Assembly: GCA_012295275.1 (NCBI GenBank)
Contig: CM022670.1
Span: forward strand, 6,944,001-7,008,000
Length of the DNA: 64,000 nucleotides
DNA from: Chrysomallon squamiferum
Taxonomy: Eukaryota > Animalia > Mollusca
Direction: 5' to 3'
The notes under the pieces are model-generated. The model had not been told where the DNA came from. It did no database searches and saw nothing but the letters and a program-made list of their open reading frames with translations. Every line of letters starts with the position of its first letter. Position 1 is the stretch's first letter. The position numbers were made by a program, and so were the translations under genes. Positions 1 through 14,614 of this stretch are shown here, piece after piece.

Positions 1-3000
1 AAAGATGCGCCTCCTTTCTCCATCCACTTCAAAGATCCCTGCCTCCGTCTTTTCATTAAGCAGCACTGCTACGACGGCCTCCGCGTACCCAACGTTGTGC
101 ACTACATCTGGTTTTCCAAACACATGATGGACATCTACGGTTTTCTGAGCATGCTCAGTGCGAAGAGGTTTTTGCAACCGTGCGCTGTCTTACTTCACGC
201 CGACGTTTTGCCGTACGGAATATTCTGGAGTCACGTGCTTCGTCTAGTACCGAACATAGTGCACGTGCAGCGTCGTGCTCCGGACAATATTTTCGGCAGA
301 CCGTTTGGTTTCATACAACACAAGTCTGACATTGCCAGAATAGAAGCGTTAATGGGTAAGATAATAATATAAATAAATGCAGTATAAGCTTCGACATATT
401 TAGATATCTGGGCCCGAAACCCTTGGCTTCTTATATATATATTTTTTTTTTTGCTATACTTTACTTTTACAGACTTGATCTCTGACTGGCAGCTAAAATG
501 CATTTAGGTTATGTGTCGACATCACCACAGGAACATTTAATTAGCACACGCAGCTTACAAAAGAGATAATACCGGTATCATATTTTGCCTGGTGACTCGA
601 TCATTAGTGCTTTGAAACATTTAGCGAGTTATGTTGTGTATGATAATAACCGTTTTGGTGTTTGTTTACCTGTAATCCCATTTGGTTTGTATGTTTTTAA
701 AAAGCCATAAAAAGTTATTTTATATGCAAAGCAGCAAAGGGCAAGAAACGATGCGTGTAACGAAAGGATTATCGGGTATTACCGAAGAGCTTTCATCTCG
801 GCCACATTAGCAGTGCCACTGGCAGTCATTTCGTAACGTTATAGGACGTCACACGCAGCAGTTACTCAAGCAAAGAAGAGCAAATCGCCACAAGTGATAA
901 AAGAACGACAAAGACGTAGACCGTAACTCGAAGCGCGTCCCCTTTAAACGCCGAGTATCAGTTACAACCTCAATGACTGGTACTTTTCTTGTCAGCTCAA
1001 TTGTGTATGTCAGTCTAGTTCATGATGATAACATTATGTCGTCTTGGCATTTCTTTTTGAAAGGATAAAAAAAAAGAGAGAAAAGGAAGCCTTTAATTTA
1101 TCTCCTCTGAACGCTGTGGGTAAATAATTGGTAGATTCGTGATGAGTGTAGACCTGTTTTGAATTTTAAAATAAAAACTTGTAAAGATCCGCTGTCAATG
1201 GCGGTGTGGTGGTTGGTCCGGTGTCGTGGTGTGAAGAGTATCAAACATGAGAGGTTCCATTATGGCCGTTTCACACCGCCTGGCCACAGGGAAGTTTGTT
1301 CCGCACACAGTCCGACATCTGAAGGTCCACGTGTTACTTCTCTTTGACGATTCCAGTCCACCGTAAAGTTATCAAAACCTGACCAAAATTACGATTAAAA
1401 AAAGACTTCTTTGAAGAGTAGCTTCCACTGTTTGCTTTTCAAACTAGGTTTTACGTCGGTTTCCAGCCTTGTTGTCCAGAAATCCTTGAACGTTGAGGCC
1501 TACGTGCTCTCTTCGTCGTAAGGCGACAGAATCAATCAAAATATCTGTCTCTGTCCTGTAACCAGTGGCCATCACATTTTACCGATGCTGACGTTTCGCA
1601 ACAATGGAATTCACTAAACAAACAATGACAGACACTTTTTTTTCTTTAACTTATAGAGATTTGTGGAATTAAAGTACAGTCCAATTAGCGTGAACAGAGA
1701 ATGGTGAACGTATGATATAAAGAGCACTGATCTTTTTAAACATACGGTGTTTCTTTCTTTCTTTCTTTTTTTTTCTTTTAAAAAAAAAAAAAAACAAAAC
1801 AAAAACCCGAAGAGAAACGTTTGTGGTAGACATGTAATAGAGTCAGGATATTATTCATACTAATTAATTTTAATCAAGTTTTTATATTTCTATTTATTAA
1901 AGTTTTTTTCACCAGGGTCATGACATCCATGCTTTTGAATTTCTGCATTTGACCATCGTGGTTTTGTCCTGCTTACATTATTTTATTTTACTCTTGCTCT
2001 TTGGTGGTTTTATTATTATTATATATTTTTTTTCATTTATCTTGTTTTTATTTATTTATTTATTTATTCATTTAATTATTTATTTATTTATTTTATTTTC
2101 GTTTTTTCTTGTTGTAATGATTATTATTATTTCTTTAAATTTGGTATGTTTTTGCGTTTGTCATACTGTTCATACTATTAAAACTGTGATACTAACAACA
2201 CATTTTAACAACGAAGTTTCGAAGAAATACATTTACGTTTGTACAAGTTCGGTTTTTGAAATATTTCACACCTGTAATGCGTTTTTGTGTCTCTACTCGT
2301 GAAATCTGAGACCTTTAAAGTTTGCTTTGTTATTTTTTCCTTTTCAGATTTGTTTGTACTATACAGAATTGTATGATCAGTTTAATGTTCATATTGTTTA
2401 TTTCTAACTCGCATGACAAATAACATTCACAAACCAGTCTTCGTTCTGTCACGACAAGGGGGATAACTCCGATTTCATTAGCAAAACATATTTTTCTTTT
2501 TCTCTTTCATTATATTATATTTATTAAATATTAAATGTTGTTTGTTTGTTTATTTGCTTGCTTGCTTTCTCGATTATTTTTTTTGTTTTGTTTTGTTTTG
2601 TTTTGGATTATTATTCCTATATTTTCTCTTTATACTTTTCTTTCTTTCTTTTCCATTCATCGATATATTTTTTTTTTTTTTTTTTTATTTTTTTTTTTTT
2701 TTATTCTGCAACTAAAGATTCTATTTATATTATTCTTACAGAATATGGCGGAATATACCTGGACTGCGATCAACTGGTACTAAAACCTCTCCACACTTTT
2801 CGCAACTTCAGATTTGTGATGAGTCACGAGAACTCTAAGAATCTCGGCAACTCTTTGATAATCTCTGAACAAAATGCCAAATTCTTAGACATCTGGCTCA
2901 AGAGTTATCGTTCTTACAACCCTAAGCAGTGGGGGATTCATTCGACTTTTGTACCCTTGACTCTGGCTAAGCTGTATCCTACGTTAATCCATATTGAAAA

Positions 3001-3211
3001 GAACAGCTTCATTAAGCCCGACCTGGACAACATAAAAGATCTGTACTACGGCAACTACAGCGTGACAGACAATTACGCTGTGCATTTGTACACTCGCTGG
3101 GTTAAGCAGTTTTACACTGTTGAACATCTGAAATCGCTAAACACTACTCTCGGAGAAATAGCCAGGTTAATTATGTTCGGACGTACACATTCGTGTTTTA
3201 CGGAAAAGTGA
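1..3211 (+). CDS. Glycosyltransferase family 32 (DxD sugar-binding; alpha-1,4-GlcNAc/Gal transferase-like) protein, 5' end outside window; exons <1-355 and 2742-3211
   Basis: Frame 1 is open from base 1 (…RVPNVVHYIWF…HKSDIARIEALM). Donor G|GTAAG at 355/356 and acceptor TTACAG|AA at 2741/2742 are both phase 1 and join to ALMEYGGIYLDCD. The VPNxVHYIW, SDxxRxxxLxxYGGIYLDxD, FLxxWLxSY and C-terminal HLY motifs are typical of GT32. Stop TGA ends at 3211. Confidence 0.9.
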
Positions 3212-3334
3212 TTCGGTGCGGGGAAAAGTGGGGAAAAAAACAAAAAAAGAAAACCCAGCAAAAAACTGACAGATGCAGATCAGTTTATTAATAAATTATT
3301 ATTTATTCATTGCTTTATATTAAGTCATGTTACT

Positions 3335-3358
3335 AATTTATTTATTTATTTATTATTG

Positions 3359-3390
<32 letters not shown>

Positions 3391-3552
3391 ATATTATTAT
3401 TATTATTATTATAACTATTACTATTATTGTTGTTGTTATTTTTATTAATATTATTATTGCTATTGTTATTATTGTTGTTATTATTATTATTATTACTGTT
3501 TTTATTTGTAGTATTAAAACTATTATTATTATTGCTATTATTATTATCATCA

Positions 3553-3613
<61 letters not shown>

Positions 3614-3622
3614 CATTATTTA
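3335..3622. repeat. (ATT)n-rich microsatellite tract
   Basis: Directly visible; explains the poly-I/L/N ORFs. Similar tracts lie at ~13360-13510, 16440-16520, 16910-17295, 22100-22275, 24740-24790, 25250-25325, 25645-25715, 47340-47435 and 52690-52860. Confidence 0.95.
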
Positions 3623-4244
3623 TAAATATCATAACTCTTTTACTCAGCAGCAGTTACTTCCCTTTAAATCCAGGCCTTAAGACTTGCTGCGTAATGTGCG
3701 TAAAAAGTGTTTGATGTTATCGCTAGCTATATATAATAGCATATATATACATGTGTGTGGTTTTCTTCTCTCAGACTGCTTCATACGCTGCACATTCCCG
3801 ATTGCTTTTTGTCTACAAACCTAATTTTCCAGTCGTTATAGTCACGTGACCCTCAAGCAAATGGATACCGGTGTAGCGCGTCTCTGCTGATCTTAACGTG
3901 GAATCACGCGGACCTGATTTCAGTTCCTGCTCGTGATTTGGAACTGTTGTTTGATATTTAATAACCGATAAAATGAGATTTATCAAGTAAATAAATTGTT
4001 ATTTCTTTTTCTTTTTTTTTTTTTTCTTGTTGCAAGTTGATGATAAAATTAGTATGGGTTATCTAACGTTTCTACACCGCAATTAATTGTTATTATTATT
4101 TAGGAGAAAATAAAAAAAAATAAAAAAAAAATAATAAAAAAAGTAATAATAGGAATATCAGCTCAGTCTTGAAACACTTTTTCCGCTTTTTGGAGGTAAG
4201 TCAAAATAGTAAGTTTGAGTTTTTTTGTTGTGTTTTCGTGGTTT

Positions 4245-4334
<90 letters not shown>

Positions 4335-6939
4335 GTTCTGACTGTTATTGATGTATTTTGAACAGTCATTCAGTATTTTGTAACTCGATTGAATATTGAA
4401 TAACTAGACATCATTTAAAAAACAAAATGTAGCATTCTTGCATTCACACACGTCAAATTCTCAAACTCAACACAGTAAAACACTGGTTTCTCTCTCTCTC
4501 TCCAACTAAAACATCAATCAATGGCATCGTCACAAAACATAGACTCAAACAAGGCAACAACCCTGCAGTTCTTACTTATTTCTCAACTACGTCGTCAACA
4601 ACGTGATCGATGAAATGTCGGGATACTATACTCGATATCCGATTTGTCCTTCATACAACGAAACACCATTACAAAGAGACAAGCAAGACAAAGGTAATCT
4701 GGGAACGAACTAACAGACCCCGGCGTTCACGACAAAGAGAGGTTGAGACTTTGATGCGACAATGACCTACCAACTAAATCTGTTTTCTGTTTACTTAGAG
4801 ACAGTATTCGGGTTAGAAACCGTTTTCTTTGTCGATTATCTTCACATCTTTCAGCGACCTGTTATCGTACGGCGTGTTACTATGTTTTCGTTGTTTTTCT
4901 ATTAAACGAGAGTGAACTTTGGAACTCTAGCGGAAAAGGACTACCATTCCAATCAACGGAAATCGAACCCACGTAACCGTGAATCATTATGATGTAATCG
5001 GTTTGCTTCAAGTGTGAAGAGAAGTGGTTCGAATCAAAAAACAAATCATGATGAAGTTTTTTTTATCAATATATTTACTTGCATTTTACTCGCTTGTATG
5101 TAGTTTTGTGTTATGTGTTGTGTTTGTGTAAGTAGGTGGTCGTGTGTTGTTGAGATTTTTTTTCACGCTTGTGCCTCGTTTACAAGATGACATGCCTATC
5201 TGACAAGAACATATTTGTGTAAGAAGAAGACAGCCATTGAAATCTGAGATTCAAACTTTAGCTTGTCAGCTACGTCTTTTCAGACGTGTTTGTAATCAAA
5301 ACCTGCAGAGCTGCACATTGTCAGCATTGTTTATAACAACACGAATCTGCCATAATAATTATTCATAATCCAACAAAGAATACTCGGGGTCTTTTTTTTT
5401 GTTTGCTTGCGTCTGTCTGTCTCGTTAATATTCGAATGAATTTATTTACTGGTTAGCATATCCCGCGAGCGCTGTCAGTGACAATGAAATGTGAGAACAT
5501 CAAAACACGATTAGCTTGTCAGTTTTACCTTTTCAGACGCTTTAAGTTATTTCTAAAATTAAAATCCTTATTTGTAACATTATTTATTTTATTGCTATTT
5601 TTGTACAAGCCATATTGTCCTTCTCTCTTTACGTGACTATATCTCATTCAGTCTATTGTCCTCATCTCGGTATGTCTGTGTGTCTGTCTGTCTGCCTCAT
5701 TCTGCATCTGAACATTTAATCAGCATTTGAAATGAATTCACACCGATCGCTATAAATTCAGTCGCTATTAAAATTAAATTTAGTGGACAATGCGTATCGC
5801 ATTTTCCTCGTTGTTGTCTATGGAATGACAAAATCACAGATCAGGTTGCTGCTTGTGTGACGTTATTAAAGCGCTGAGTCATGTTGTATAAATGTCATTT
5901 CATCTACTTAATTCTCAATTCTTCGGATAAATCAGCAGGGGTTTTTGTTGTTGTTTTTTTACAATTTTTTGAATAAAGTTGATGATATCTGGTAGATATA
6001 TTTCTACAACATCATTTAAATACATAATATATTGTACCTTTTTTGACAAGATCATGAGCTTTATTCTACATGATTTCTTTCTTATTTCTTTAAAATAATA
6101 ATAATAATAATAAATTACTTTCTGTAGAATGTAAAAAGAAAAAACGACTGCGGAATGGTTAATACTTTACAAACAACACGTCCATGGATGATTCTTTTTC
6201 ACTGTGTTTGTCTGTGCATTGGTCTTTGTGTGTTTCTGTCCATATTATTTAGATTTATCCACATTACTGTTTTTAGTCCACTGTTTGTTTGTCATTTTGT
6301 TCCAATGTTTGTTTGTTGTTTTGTTTTAAATATTTAATAGTTGTTTTTTTTCTTCAGTTAACCATGCCGTGGCCTGATATGTTCATTTTTCCACATTCCC
6401 TTTGAAACTCCTTTTCTCGTTTAACTTCGACATTTTCAAAAACGATATGGATTTTATGACAAATTTACAAAAGCTTCAGCCAAATCAATAACGTGTTGCT
6501 AAAATATTAAGTATTGTCTGCAACAAAGGAAACATTTAGGTGCAGATGAAAATACAGTTACCCATACATAAACATACAAATAACAAAATCTGTACCAGTG
6601 CCACTTTGTCTTGTCACATTATGTTAGCAATCTCGTCTGTCTTCGTCTAGAATTTAATATTATAATTAGTGTTTTAATATTTAACCATTAGTCTTTTGTT
6701 AACAGTATGTTAATCTACCAGAATGGACAAATGTTTCCCGTATACTATAAATATTAAAGTAAAATATTTCCGGCTACATAGGCATCGGTCTAATGGGACA
6801 AAAGTCTAGATGAAAAATATCACCAAAAACCCAACTAAGCGAAACAAGTAAATTAATTAATAAAGCTAATACGTTACAGTGAAATAGAATATCACAGAAA
6901 TTAGAGTTAAATAGAATACTATATAAAAGTATATGTTAT

Positions 6940-7420
6940 TATGGTCTCTGTAAAGGTTACTCCTAAATAAAGAACTCCACAAAAATTACTGTAAAATAAA
7001 AACTCTGTAAAGTTAAAGTTAATTAAAAAAAGAGTAAAAGTTACAGTTAAATAAAGTAAAAAATATATTAAAGTTACTGTTAAATAACTAACTCTATAAA
7101 GTTACTGTTAAATAAATAACTCTATAAAAGTTAATGTTAAATAAAGAATTCTATAAAAGTTAGAATTAATAAAAAAAATGAGGAAGTGACAGTTAAAAAA
7201 AAAATTATAAATGTTACTGTCAAATAAAGAACTCTGTACAAGTTACTATTATAAAAAAGAACTCTACAAAAGTTACTGTTAAATAAACAGCTCTATAAAA
7301 TCTATCGTTAAGCAAATTATTCTACATTATTACTGAATCACTCTGAAACAATTAAAGTTGTTTCTCTAAATTACTAATGTGTGAAATTTACAGTTAAACA
7401 TAAAACTCTACAAAGATTAA
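6940..7420. repeat. Degenerate minisatellite, ~30-bp unit AAGTTACTGTTAAATAAAGAACTCTATAAA
   Basis: Recurrent AAGTTACTGTTAAATAA and AACTCT elements at ~30-bp spacing. Confidence 0.8.
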
Positions 7421-8424
7421 ACTGTATGAAGGGTTTTCAGTTTGCACAGTAAAACAATACAACAGCAAGGTTACCGCTTAACAATCCATAGAATGATAAC
7501 AGTGAACCAGTATTGTGTTCCAAAGGCTGAGACGACTAACAATATAAAGGAAACGAAAATACTCCAGAGATTAAACACAAGCCTCTTATTAGAACACTCA
7601 GAAGAGTTATCGTGTTTGCGTGTCACGTTTCTCTTTGTTGACTTGTGTAAAAGCTGTCAGATAGACAAACAAACAAACAAACAAACAAACAAACAAATAA
7701 ATAAATAAATAAACAAACAAATAAATAAATAAAATTGATAAATGAACAGTTAAAAGCCAATAATAAGAAAATAATAATAAAAAGTTCTACATGTATTTTA
7801 AATTAAATTTATCATAGAAGATACTCTAACTAGTACAGTGATTAAGTATTGGTGCTGTTAGTAATCAGAGGATAAACAGTAACAAAAATATTAGACCAGT
7901 TATTCCAACAAGAAAAGAAATATATATATATCAATCTGGAGGGGTTTTTTTGTTGTATTTTTTTATTATTTTTTTTGGTTGTTGTTGTTGTTTTTAAAGT
8001 AATTACACCGTATTCTCTGTTTTATTACCATCATCATCATCTTTATTATTATTGCTATTGCAGTGGTTATTATTTTTTTATTTATTTTTTTTATTTTACA
8101 CAATTATAATTATACACACATAATCAAATACACGCATATACATAAACACAGTGATATCGACTAAGGAATTAAAGAACGGACGTTCTTTTCAGCGATTTGC
8201 GATTAATGGATTGGTATTAGCGTGAAATACTATTAATCACTTCTGCACCGTTGATTTTATTTGACTTTGTATTTTTGTTATGTGTATAACAAACTTACAT
8301 TTTTAACTACATTTTCATTCTTCAAAGACAGCGAATTATTTTCCACTTGAAAGATACACACACAAAAAAAAAATGCAATAACCGACAAAAAAAAAAAAAA
8401 ATAAAAATAAATAAATAAAAAAAT

Positions 8425-8458
<34 letters not shown>

Positions 8459-9974
8459 ATATGAAATTTAAAAAAAAATAATCATTCTATATTGTTTTAG
8501 CAACAAATAAAAAAAAAAAAAATCAATAGATCGATAGATTATTTCATAAAAAGATCGATAAATCCTTGCATGAATAAATCGCAATTCCGAAAAACGCCGG
8601 AGAAGCAAAATTAATAGTATATATTTCATCCAGTTTATTTATATTATGTCTATCAGTCATACCGCTAACAATAACGTAAAATCTGCGAACAAGATTAATA
8701 ACTATACGTTAGTGATAATGTGTCGAATACGTGGATAGCCTTCGTGCCTTGATCGATTGGTTAAGGAAATGGACGATAAAAACAGTGGGCGAGTTTACGT
8801 AGAAGAGCTTAAGATTAATGGTAAAGAGAAAAAAAAATTAAAAATAAAAATTTAACAAAAAAAAAGAAGAAAAAAAAAGGCCACTTGAGCGAATCAATTA
8901 AATGACAATAAAGTTTTATGATTTATGTTATCATTAACGATGCGGATCGTTGACTCTCTGATAAAAGCTCTAAGATTCCGAGATTCCGTAATAGCAGAGT
9001 TTTTACGGCTTCCTAAAGCAGTCTTTCTCGGCTTGACGCTGTTTAGAAATTAGATAAAAACCGTAACGGAGATAATTTCAGACTGTTTACACACGCTGGG
9101 TGTCTAAGACAATAGTTACAAGTAACTGAGCCGTGAAGTCATTTTGTTATCCAGCGGAGCGTGGCATTCTGACATGTTTTGAAGAATATTTGTTTAGGAA
9201 AATGTCGTAACTGCTGGTGACAGAATCGTAAGTCAGCCATTTTGAAACGTCTTTATGTATCCTCTGAATGTTCAGGGATATCTGATAAGAAACAGTTAAA
9301 AATGTTTGTCTGCTCGTTAGGATGTTAGCAAGTTAGCTAAAGAAAAGGGAAGCTTTATTTTCTTTTATTTCAATCTCCCCCTTTATCTCAGGTTTGGAGA
9401 ACACTGCCATGAAGCTATTAATATAAACTTTCTTTTTCTTTCTTTCTTTGTTTCTTTCTTTATTTCTTTTTACTTTTTTTGTAAGAAATATAAATATAAA
9501 CTCGTTGCCTAATGTGTGGCAGCTTCATCCAAAAGTATCTCAATCATATTTCTGATTTTATTTTAACAAAAAGACCGAATTAATTTACTCAGGTCACCAC
9601 GATCTACGTGAGACACAGTGACCATTACCATTTCAATTTTATTTTTTTTATTTCAACAATCTACCCGAGTACGGTTATTCTAAACCGGCGAAACAGTTCT
9701 AATTTGTCTTAAAGGAAAACAAATTGTCAGAAAATAATACGAAATATGAATTTTATTGATCATGAAGTATTTTTTTTTTTTTTTTTTACATTGTTGGTAT
9801 TTATATTTCTTTCGAAAAAAATATTACACGTAAACCGTAGCTCACCACACACGTGAACTCATTAGCTTTGATGTTGATGCGAAACTGACGTGCAGAGAGC
9901 ATGTCGCGTGACCGGTTCTGTCTTACCTGTCAGACAGATTCAGACTGTAACCGATTAGTCTGCTTGATCTCTCA

Positions 9975-10266
9975 ATGGTTAAATTAACAGCATTCTAATA
10001 ACGTTTGATTTCTCGCGTATTAAAGATACACGAAGAAAATTAGCGGTATCAGTCACATGCTTCTTCCACAATTGTATCGGGGGTCATGAATTTTGGTTCT
10101 CGTGTTAATTTGCGTCATCTCCATGAATATGGTTAGATTAACAGCATTCTAATAAAGGTTGATTTCTAGGGTATTAAAGACACATGCAGAAAATTAGCGA
10201 TATTCGTTAGTTACGTGCTTCTATCCATCATCAGCAGAGATCATGTTTTATAGTTTTCGCGTCAAT
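9975..10266. repeat. Diverged tandem duplication, period 154 bp
   Basis: ATGGTTA.ATTAACAGCATTCTAATAA…GTATTAAAGA.ACA.G.AGAAAATTAGCG begins at both 9975 and 10129. Confidence 0.85.
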
Positions 10267-12409
10267 ACATCCAGCGAAACAAACCTTTTCCCAGCTTGTG
10301 GACATAATTATTTAGCTTGTACAGCTGCAATGGCATTCTTTCTCACTGTATACAGTCAATGAGCCAGACTGAATGTGGGTACCAAATTGGCGAACAGATC
10401 AAGTAAGAATTTTTTTTTACTTAAATATTTACGAAATCAGAAGATCGACATTTCAGACATACCTTTGTGCCTGTTTGGAAGCCACCTTTAGAGATGTCCG
10501 TACGAGTTGTGTCCATTAATTGTCATAACTTTTGACCAATTTTCCCTAGGAATATGAAATCTGGATATTTTGTTATGTTTACATTTGTACATACATCGGT
10601 GTATAGTTATTGATATTTAGTTTATAATGAAGATGAATTTAGAACTGTCGCGAAAAGGCAGAAATTTTCGACTTATTTCATAATAATGTACACCTCAACC
10701 ATTTTTCAATCATTTTGAATTAAAATATCTTCAAAACAGTTTTCTTTCTGAATAATCAAGACTGGTTTATGATGTATCTGTGAAAAGGATTAAATCAAAA
10801 TTCTTTTGGTATTATATAATTTGTAGACAATGTTTTTGTAAGAACGTATCACTGAAGCGTTTGACATTTTTCTATTGGCCGATAACAAATGATGTAACAA
10901 AAGCTGCCGTTAGACACAGTATTAGTTCTGCAAGTGGGCTCTGCGTGTTAAGATTATCATTCAGAGTCTGTTATTATTATTCTGCAACCACTTAGATCAT
11001 TTCATTACGGTAACAGTACATTTATATTACACTTAGCAGCATTACGCATAAAATTAAACTTCATTTTCTTTGATAACGCTTTGTACTGCTGAGTGTCATT
11101 TTAGAATCTTCGGATTTTCCTGCATGATGTCCTGATGTCCAAAAAAAAAATAATAATCAACTCGGACATGAATAAAAGCGGACTCCTGTTTTAGTGCTCC
11201 AGTAAAGCCTCGTCAGTTCTTGAAACATCGATATTCACTCATCAATAACCAGTGAAAGATAGCATCAGTCAACAAAACAACCGAGCCTGTCAATTAGGCA
11301 CTTTCCATGAAGGCAAGCCAGAAAAAAAAAAGTCCTGGCGTAGAATTTCACGAAGGCTTGGACTTCGGAGACTTCACGTTTTCTGTTGCCGTCCATTGAA
11401 CCAGCGGCGGGTTTCGATTATCAACGAGTTAGAGCCCGTTACGACTTTTGTGTGAAGAAAAAAAAAAACAAGCAAACTGGGTTAATAAATTATGTATACG
11501 TCGTACAGTTTCGTTGAGTGGCGATACAGTTTTCACTGACCTGCTAAATGTAATTTGTTTTCCAGAGGATAAGTGTGGTGTTTTTTTTAATTCACGTTAG
11601 GCTTTCGTTGTCGTTTGTCTTTGTTTTATAACTTTTGGCTAACTTAGGATCACGGAATCGTTTCTGTGTTTATCCGAGCGAAAGTTCAACTGCGTTTTGT
11701 GCCAGTTAAAAGGATACTTTGAAATATTTTTCTATCAAATATAGGTAAGTGACAGTCCTTAGTTTATTTACTTTTCTTTCATTATTTAATAATAATAATA
11801 ATAATAATAATGAAGTTAGTTTAGCACATTTTAATACGTAGAAACACACATTGTACAAAATTATTTTTAATTTAACATTTTATATGCTGTTTTTAGTCCC
11901 ATTAGTTGTAAGAATAATTATTAAAAATTCTGAAATATAGCAACATTAGAGTGAATTGTTGATTTTCAGTATACCTCTAATAATAAGAATTAACACGAAT
12001 CTAAATAATAATTAAAAAAAAAAATCTTTATAGTATAAAAATAGCAGATATATGTTAATTCTTTGTTTAAAAATAACAACAATAAAATAAATATAATAAA
12101 CAAAAATATAAAAAATAAAAATCACGTTCCTAGTAATGAGAATATTAACTAGCTGTTTTATCTATTGTTTGAGTTTGAAAAGTGTCGTGGCAAACATTAA
12201 AGTATAATATCGTGTACGGGAAGCTGGTGTCAGGAGGTGTTGTTAGTCAGTCAGTGTGAATAATCAGACGTAATTCTTCAATTCTACAATTAAATATGAA
12301 TATTGCATTGTGAACAACACCCGACTTGGTGTGTTGTTATAATACTCATACTCGACCCTGAATTATACAGAAAATATCCCCTGAATAGCTCGGGTATCAC
12401 AATGTGAAT

Positions 12410-13022
12410 AGTTCATATATTCCCATCTGAATTATTCATATAGTTCCATCTGAAAAAAAAATGCACATATTCCCATCTGAAAATCACATATTCCCATCTA
12501 AATAATTCACATATTCACGTCTGAATAATTCACATATTCCTGTCTGAATAATTCATATATTTCCATCTGAATAATTCACATATTCCAATCTGAAAATTAC
12601 ATATTCCCATCTGAATAAATCACATATTCCCATCTGAATTATTCATATATTCCCATCTGAATAATTCACATATTCCCATCTGAATAATTCACATATTCCC
12701 GTCTGAATATTTCATATATGTCCATTTGAATAATTCACATATTCCCATCTGAATAATTCACATATTCCCATCTCAGTAATTCACATATTCCCATCTCAAT
12801 AATTCACATATTCCCATCTCAATAATTCACATAATTCCCATCTCAATAATTCATTTATTCCCATCTGAATAATTCACATATTCCCATCTCAATAATTCAC
12901 ATATTCCCATCTCAAGAATTCACATATTCCCCTCTCAATAATTCACATATTTACTTCTGAACAATTCACATATTTACTTCTGAACAGTTCACATATTCCC
13001 TTCTGAACAATTCACATATTCC
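12410..13022. repeat. Minisatellite, 23-bp unit TTCCCATCTGAATAATTCACATA, about 26 copies
   Basis: Directly visible tandem array with variant blocks (CTGAAT, then CTCAAT, then TTCTGAAC). Confidence 0.95.
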
Positions 13023-13879
13023 TATATTAATAAAATTAACACTGTGAAAGACGCACGTATTCTGTCTAAATATTTATCTTTGTTAACAATAAAAATATTC
13101 ATTGAATTGAATATAATATTGTTAATAATAAAGATATTCATTAAACTGGATATAAATTTGTAAATAATACAGATTTATGTTAGAATAATTTAAAATTTCC
13201 TTATAAATAACACTAAGTAAGTATTTTACAGAAAGCTTTCTAATTGTATTTGTTTTTCTAAATTTTTACACATAATTTTAATTTTATGAATATCTAAATA
13301 ATTCAAATAATCATTTCCTTTCAGAAGAGTAGAAACATTTCTTTTATTTTATTTATTTTTTAATTATTATTATTATCATTATTATTACTACTACTACTAC
13401 TACGACTACTACTGCTACTACTACTGCTACTACTACTATTACTACTATTGTTATTGTTATTAATTTAGTTATTTTCTAAATTATTTTATTATTATTATTA
13501 TTATTATTATTTTTTTTTTTTTTTTTTTTTTTTCAGATTTTATGGATATCATCATCTAAATAGTTTAAATAATTACTGTTCTGTTCATATTACAAATATT
13601 CCCCTTTGAATAAACTAATAACCATTTCTGTAAAAAAAGTAAATATTAACTCAAAACTAACATAAAAGATTTTCTCATTTAAAACAAATATTATTTTAGT
13701 GAATAATTCATTACGTATCATACAAAAGTTCCTTTCTGGTATCTGGTTCATTTTTGTAAAATGTAAAGAAAGTTAGATTAAGATCAAAACAAATATAACG
13801 ATTTACCGAAGATTATCTAAATTAAAGTTGAATACATTAAAGTATAATGTTACATTACAATGAAACTTACATCATTTTA

Positions 13880-14005
13880 AATTTCTATGAATATTTCATG
13901 AATTACATAATTTCATATTTCTATGAATATTCATGAATTACAGTAATTTTCTATTTCTATGAATATTCACGAATTACATCACTTTCTATTTCTGTGAATA
14001 TTCGT
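13880..14005. repeat. Short degenerate tandem repeat, ~36-bp unit containing TTTCTATGAATATTCATGAATTACA
   Basis: About four copies visible. Confidence 0.7.
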
Positions 14006-14485
14006 GATGTATGTTTCACTTCGTGATAATACAGTTTATATTTCAGAGAGCGAGGAAACAGAAAATTAACAAAAACTCCTGAATATTTTATTATTATTAC
14101 ATTTTTGATATCGACTGTATCTTTATTCTGTTTATCAGAAAACACTGTTCGTGTTTACTTGGATACTAAAATGAACTCTTTGAAACAAAACAAAAGAACT
14201 ATATTTGTGATTAGCACCGAGCTGTATCTGATTATTCTGTTAAACGGCAGAATGAAATGTATAATACATTTTTTTTTCCCACTGTTTTAATAATTAATTA
14301 AATCAAACTGTTTTATTATCCATTTATCCATAAATTTGTGGTAAATGCAAAATTTTGTATCCAAGCATTCGAACTGAAATTATGCTTCACTGAACTTTGT
14401 TTTAGTTTTTGATCGGTAGATTTTCAGTAGGTCTTTCTAAACTGATAAGAATTTATGTCACTTAAGGACAAACACTTACATGTAT

Positions 14486-14614
<129 letters not shown>

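Noticed and set aside
12410-13022. Regular 23-bp repeats (also the 37-bp and 41-bp arrays) as a CRISPR-like array
   Set aside because: Units are head-to-tail with no unique spacers, there are no cas genes, and the context is eukaryotic.
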